In this document: positions 37,961 through 39,086 of the stretch, one piece after another
Layout of the letters: each line of letters begins with the position of its first letter
How positions within the stretch are numbered: position 1 is the stretch's first letter
Sequence record: MK422453.1
DNA: 39,086 nt
Direction: 5' to 3' (one strand)
From: Klebsiella phage ST13-OXA48phi12.1
The notes under the pieces: model-generated
What the model saw: only the letters and a program-made list of their open reading frames with translations
Told to the model about the DNA's origin: nothing
Databases searched by the model: none
Position numbers and translations under genes: made by a program

Positions 37961-39046
37961 ATGGCTGTTTCAAAACTACCTAACGGAAAGTGGCAGGCTC
38001 AGGTTTTCCCAAACGGTAGGGATGGAAAGCGCATCCGTCGCCAGTTCGCGACCAAAGGGGAGGCTTTAGCATTTGAGCGCCACATAAAAGATCAGGCTCA
38101 AGATAAGCCGTGGCTGGGCGAGAAAACTGATAAACGCCGCGTTCGGGATTTGGTTACAGCTTGGTATAACGCACATGGCGTTACGCTTGCTGATGGTGAA
38201 AAGCGTAAAGGCGCAATGGAGTTTGCCTGTCTCGCAATGGGCGATCCCCTCGCTACAGAATTCAACGCTAAACTGTTCTCAACTTATAGAGAACAGCGAC
38301 TAAGCGGAAAAATAACCCGCTCTGATCGCGTTAAGGCTGTCACCCCTCGCACGGTTAACCTTGAACTAGCTTACTTTCGGGCTATGTTCAACGAGCTGAA
38401 AAGACTTGATGACTGGACAGCACCCAACCCTCTTGAAAACGTCAGAGAGTTTAAGATCGCAGAAATTGAGCTGGCCTGGCTTACAGTTGAGGAAGCGGCT
38501 CGCTTGCTGGAAGAATGTGAAAAAAGCAAGGCGGAGGATTTAACCATGATTGTTAAAATCTGCCTTGCAACCGGAGCAAGATGGGGTGAGGCGGAAAGTT
38601 TAACTGGAAAGCAGATAAGCCCCGGAAAAATCACTTTTATCAAAACGAAAGGTAAGAAGAACCGAGCTGTTCCTATCAGTGACGAGCTTTATGAATTACT
38701 ACCCAAAAGCCGAACCTCTAAACCGCTCTTTACCGGATGTTACTCAGCATTCAGGAGCGCAGTAAAACGGGCGGGAATTGAACTTCCTGACGGTCAGCTT
38801 TCGCATGTTTTACGGCATACTTTTGCCAGCCATTTCATGATGGGCGGCGGCAATATTCTAGTTTTACAACGCATCCTCGGGCATACAGATATCAAAGTCA
38901 CGATGCGTTATGCTCACTTCGCCCCTGACCACCTTACAGAAGCGGTTCAACTTAACCCATTAAACCTGATAAGTGGCAGCAAAATGGCAGCACAGCGCAG
39001 CACTATGCAATACTTTTCGACAATATACGAAATGCTATGCGTTTGA
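37961..39046 (+). CDS. int: tyrosine integrase (P2/186 Int family), 361 aa
   Basis: MAVSKLPNGKWQAQVFPNGRDGKRIRRQFATKGEALAFE... aligns with P2 Int (MAIKKLDDGRYEVDIRPTGRNGKRIRRKF...). The catalytic R...HxxR...Y (HVLRHTFASHF ... RYAHF) is present. Confidence 0.92.
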   Translation: MAVSKLPNGKWQAQVFPNGRDGKRIRRQFATKGEALAFERHIKDQAQDKPWLGEKTDKRRVRDLVTAWYNAHGVTLADGEKRKGAMEFACLAMGDPLATEFNAKLFSTYREQRLSGKITRSDRVKAVTPRTVNLELAYFRAMFNELKRLDDWTAPNPLENVREFKIAEIELAWLTVEEAARLLEECEKSKAEDLTMIVKICLATGARWGEAESLTGKQISPGKITFIKTKGKKNRAVPISDELYELLPKSRTSKPLFTGCYSAFRSAVKRAGIELPDGQLSHVLRHTFASHFMMGGGNILVLQRILGHTDIKVTMRYAHFAPDHLTEAVQLNPLNLISGSKMAAQRSTMQYFSTIYEMLCV

Positions 39047-39086
39047 TTTAACTGTATATCTTTGTTTTTATTAGAATATAGTTCGG

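Overview
This window is a GC-rich enterobacterial chromosome segment (Klebsiella/Enterobacter-like composition) holding the conserved macromolecular-synthesis neighbourhood tsaD(ygjD) < | > rpsU-dnaG-rpoD, then mug on the minus strand and tRNA-Ile2(CAU) (ileX). From the 3' end of that tRNA (about 6.19 kb) to the window end lies an apparently complete ~33 kb P2/186-family prophage. It is recognised by protein-level resemblance of nearly every ORF to the P2/186 gene set. The order is: attL/tRNA, a signal-peptide moron, ogr/B, D, U, T, E+E' (TTTTTTG -1 frameshift), FII, FI, a non-canonical tail-fibre block (H-like short fibre, an unknown 245-aa protein, an 832-aa fibre with a sialate-O-acetylesterase-like domain), I, J, W, V, S, R, overlapped spanins, SAR-type endolysin, holin, X, L, M, N, O, then divergent late promoters, P, Q, convergent terminators, a low-GC two-gene ABC-ATPase + TOPRIM(RloB/DUF4435-like) cassette, a candidate cos site, orf85, a dinI-like gene, orf62 behind LexA boxes, replication gene A, a Dam methylase, a TraR/DksA zinc-finger gene, small early ORFs, fil-like, cII, apl, the switch region, 186-type cI and int. 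attR should lie just past position 39086. The most interesting part is the cos-proximal accessory island at 28.8-32.1 kb. It contains a split OLD-family (AbiL/PARIS-like) candidate anti-phage module between cos and the portal gene, and an SOS-box-controlled dinI-like moron operon on the other side of cos. The remodelled receptor-binding locus is the second point of interest. No rRNA, CRISPR array or transposon was seen.
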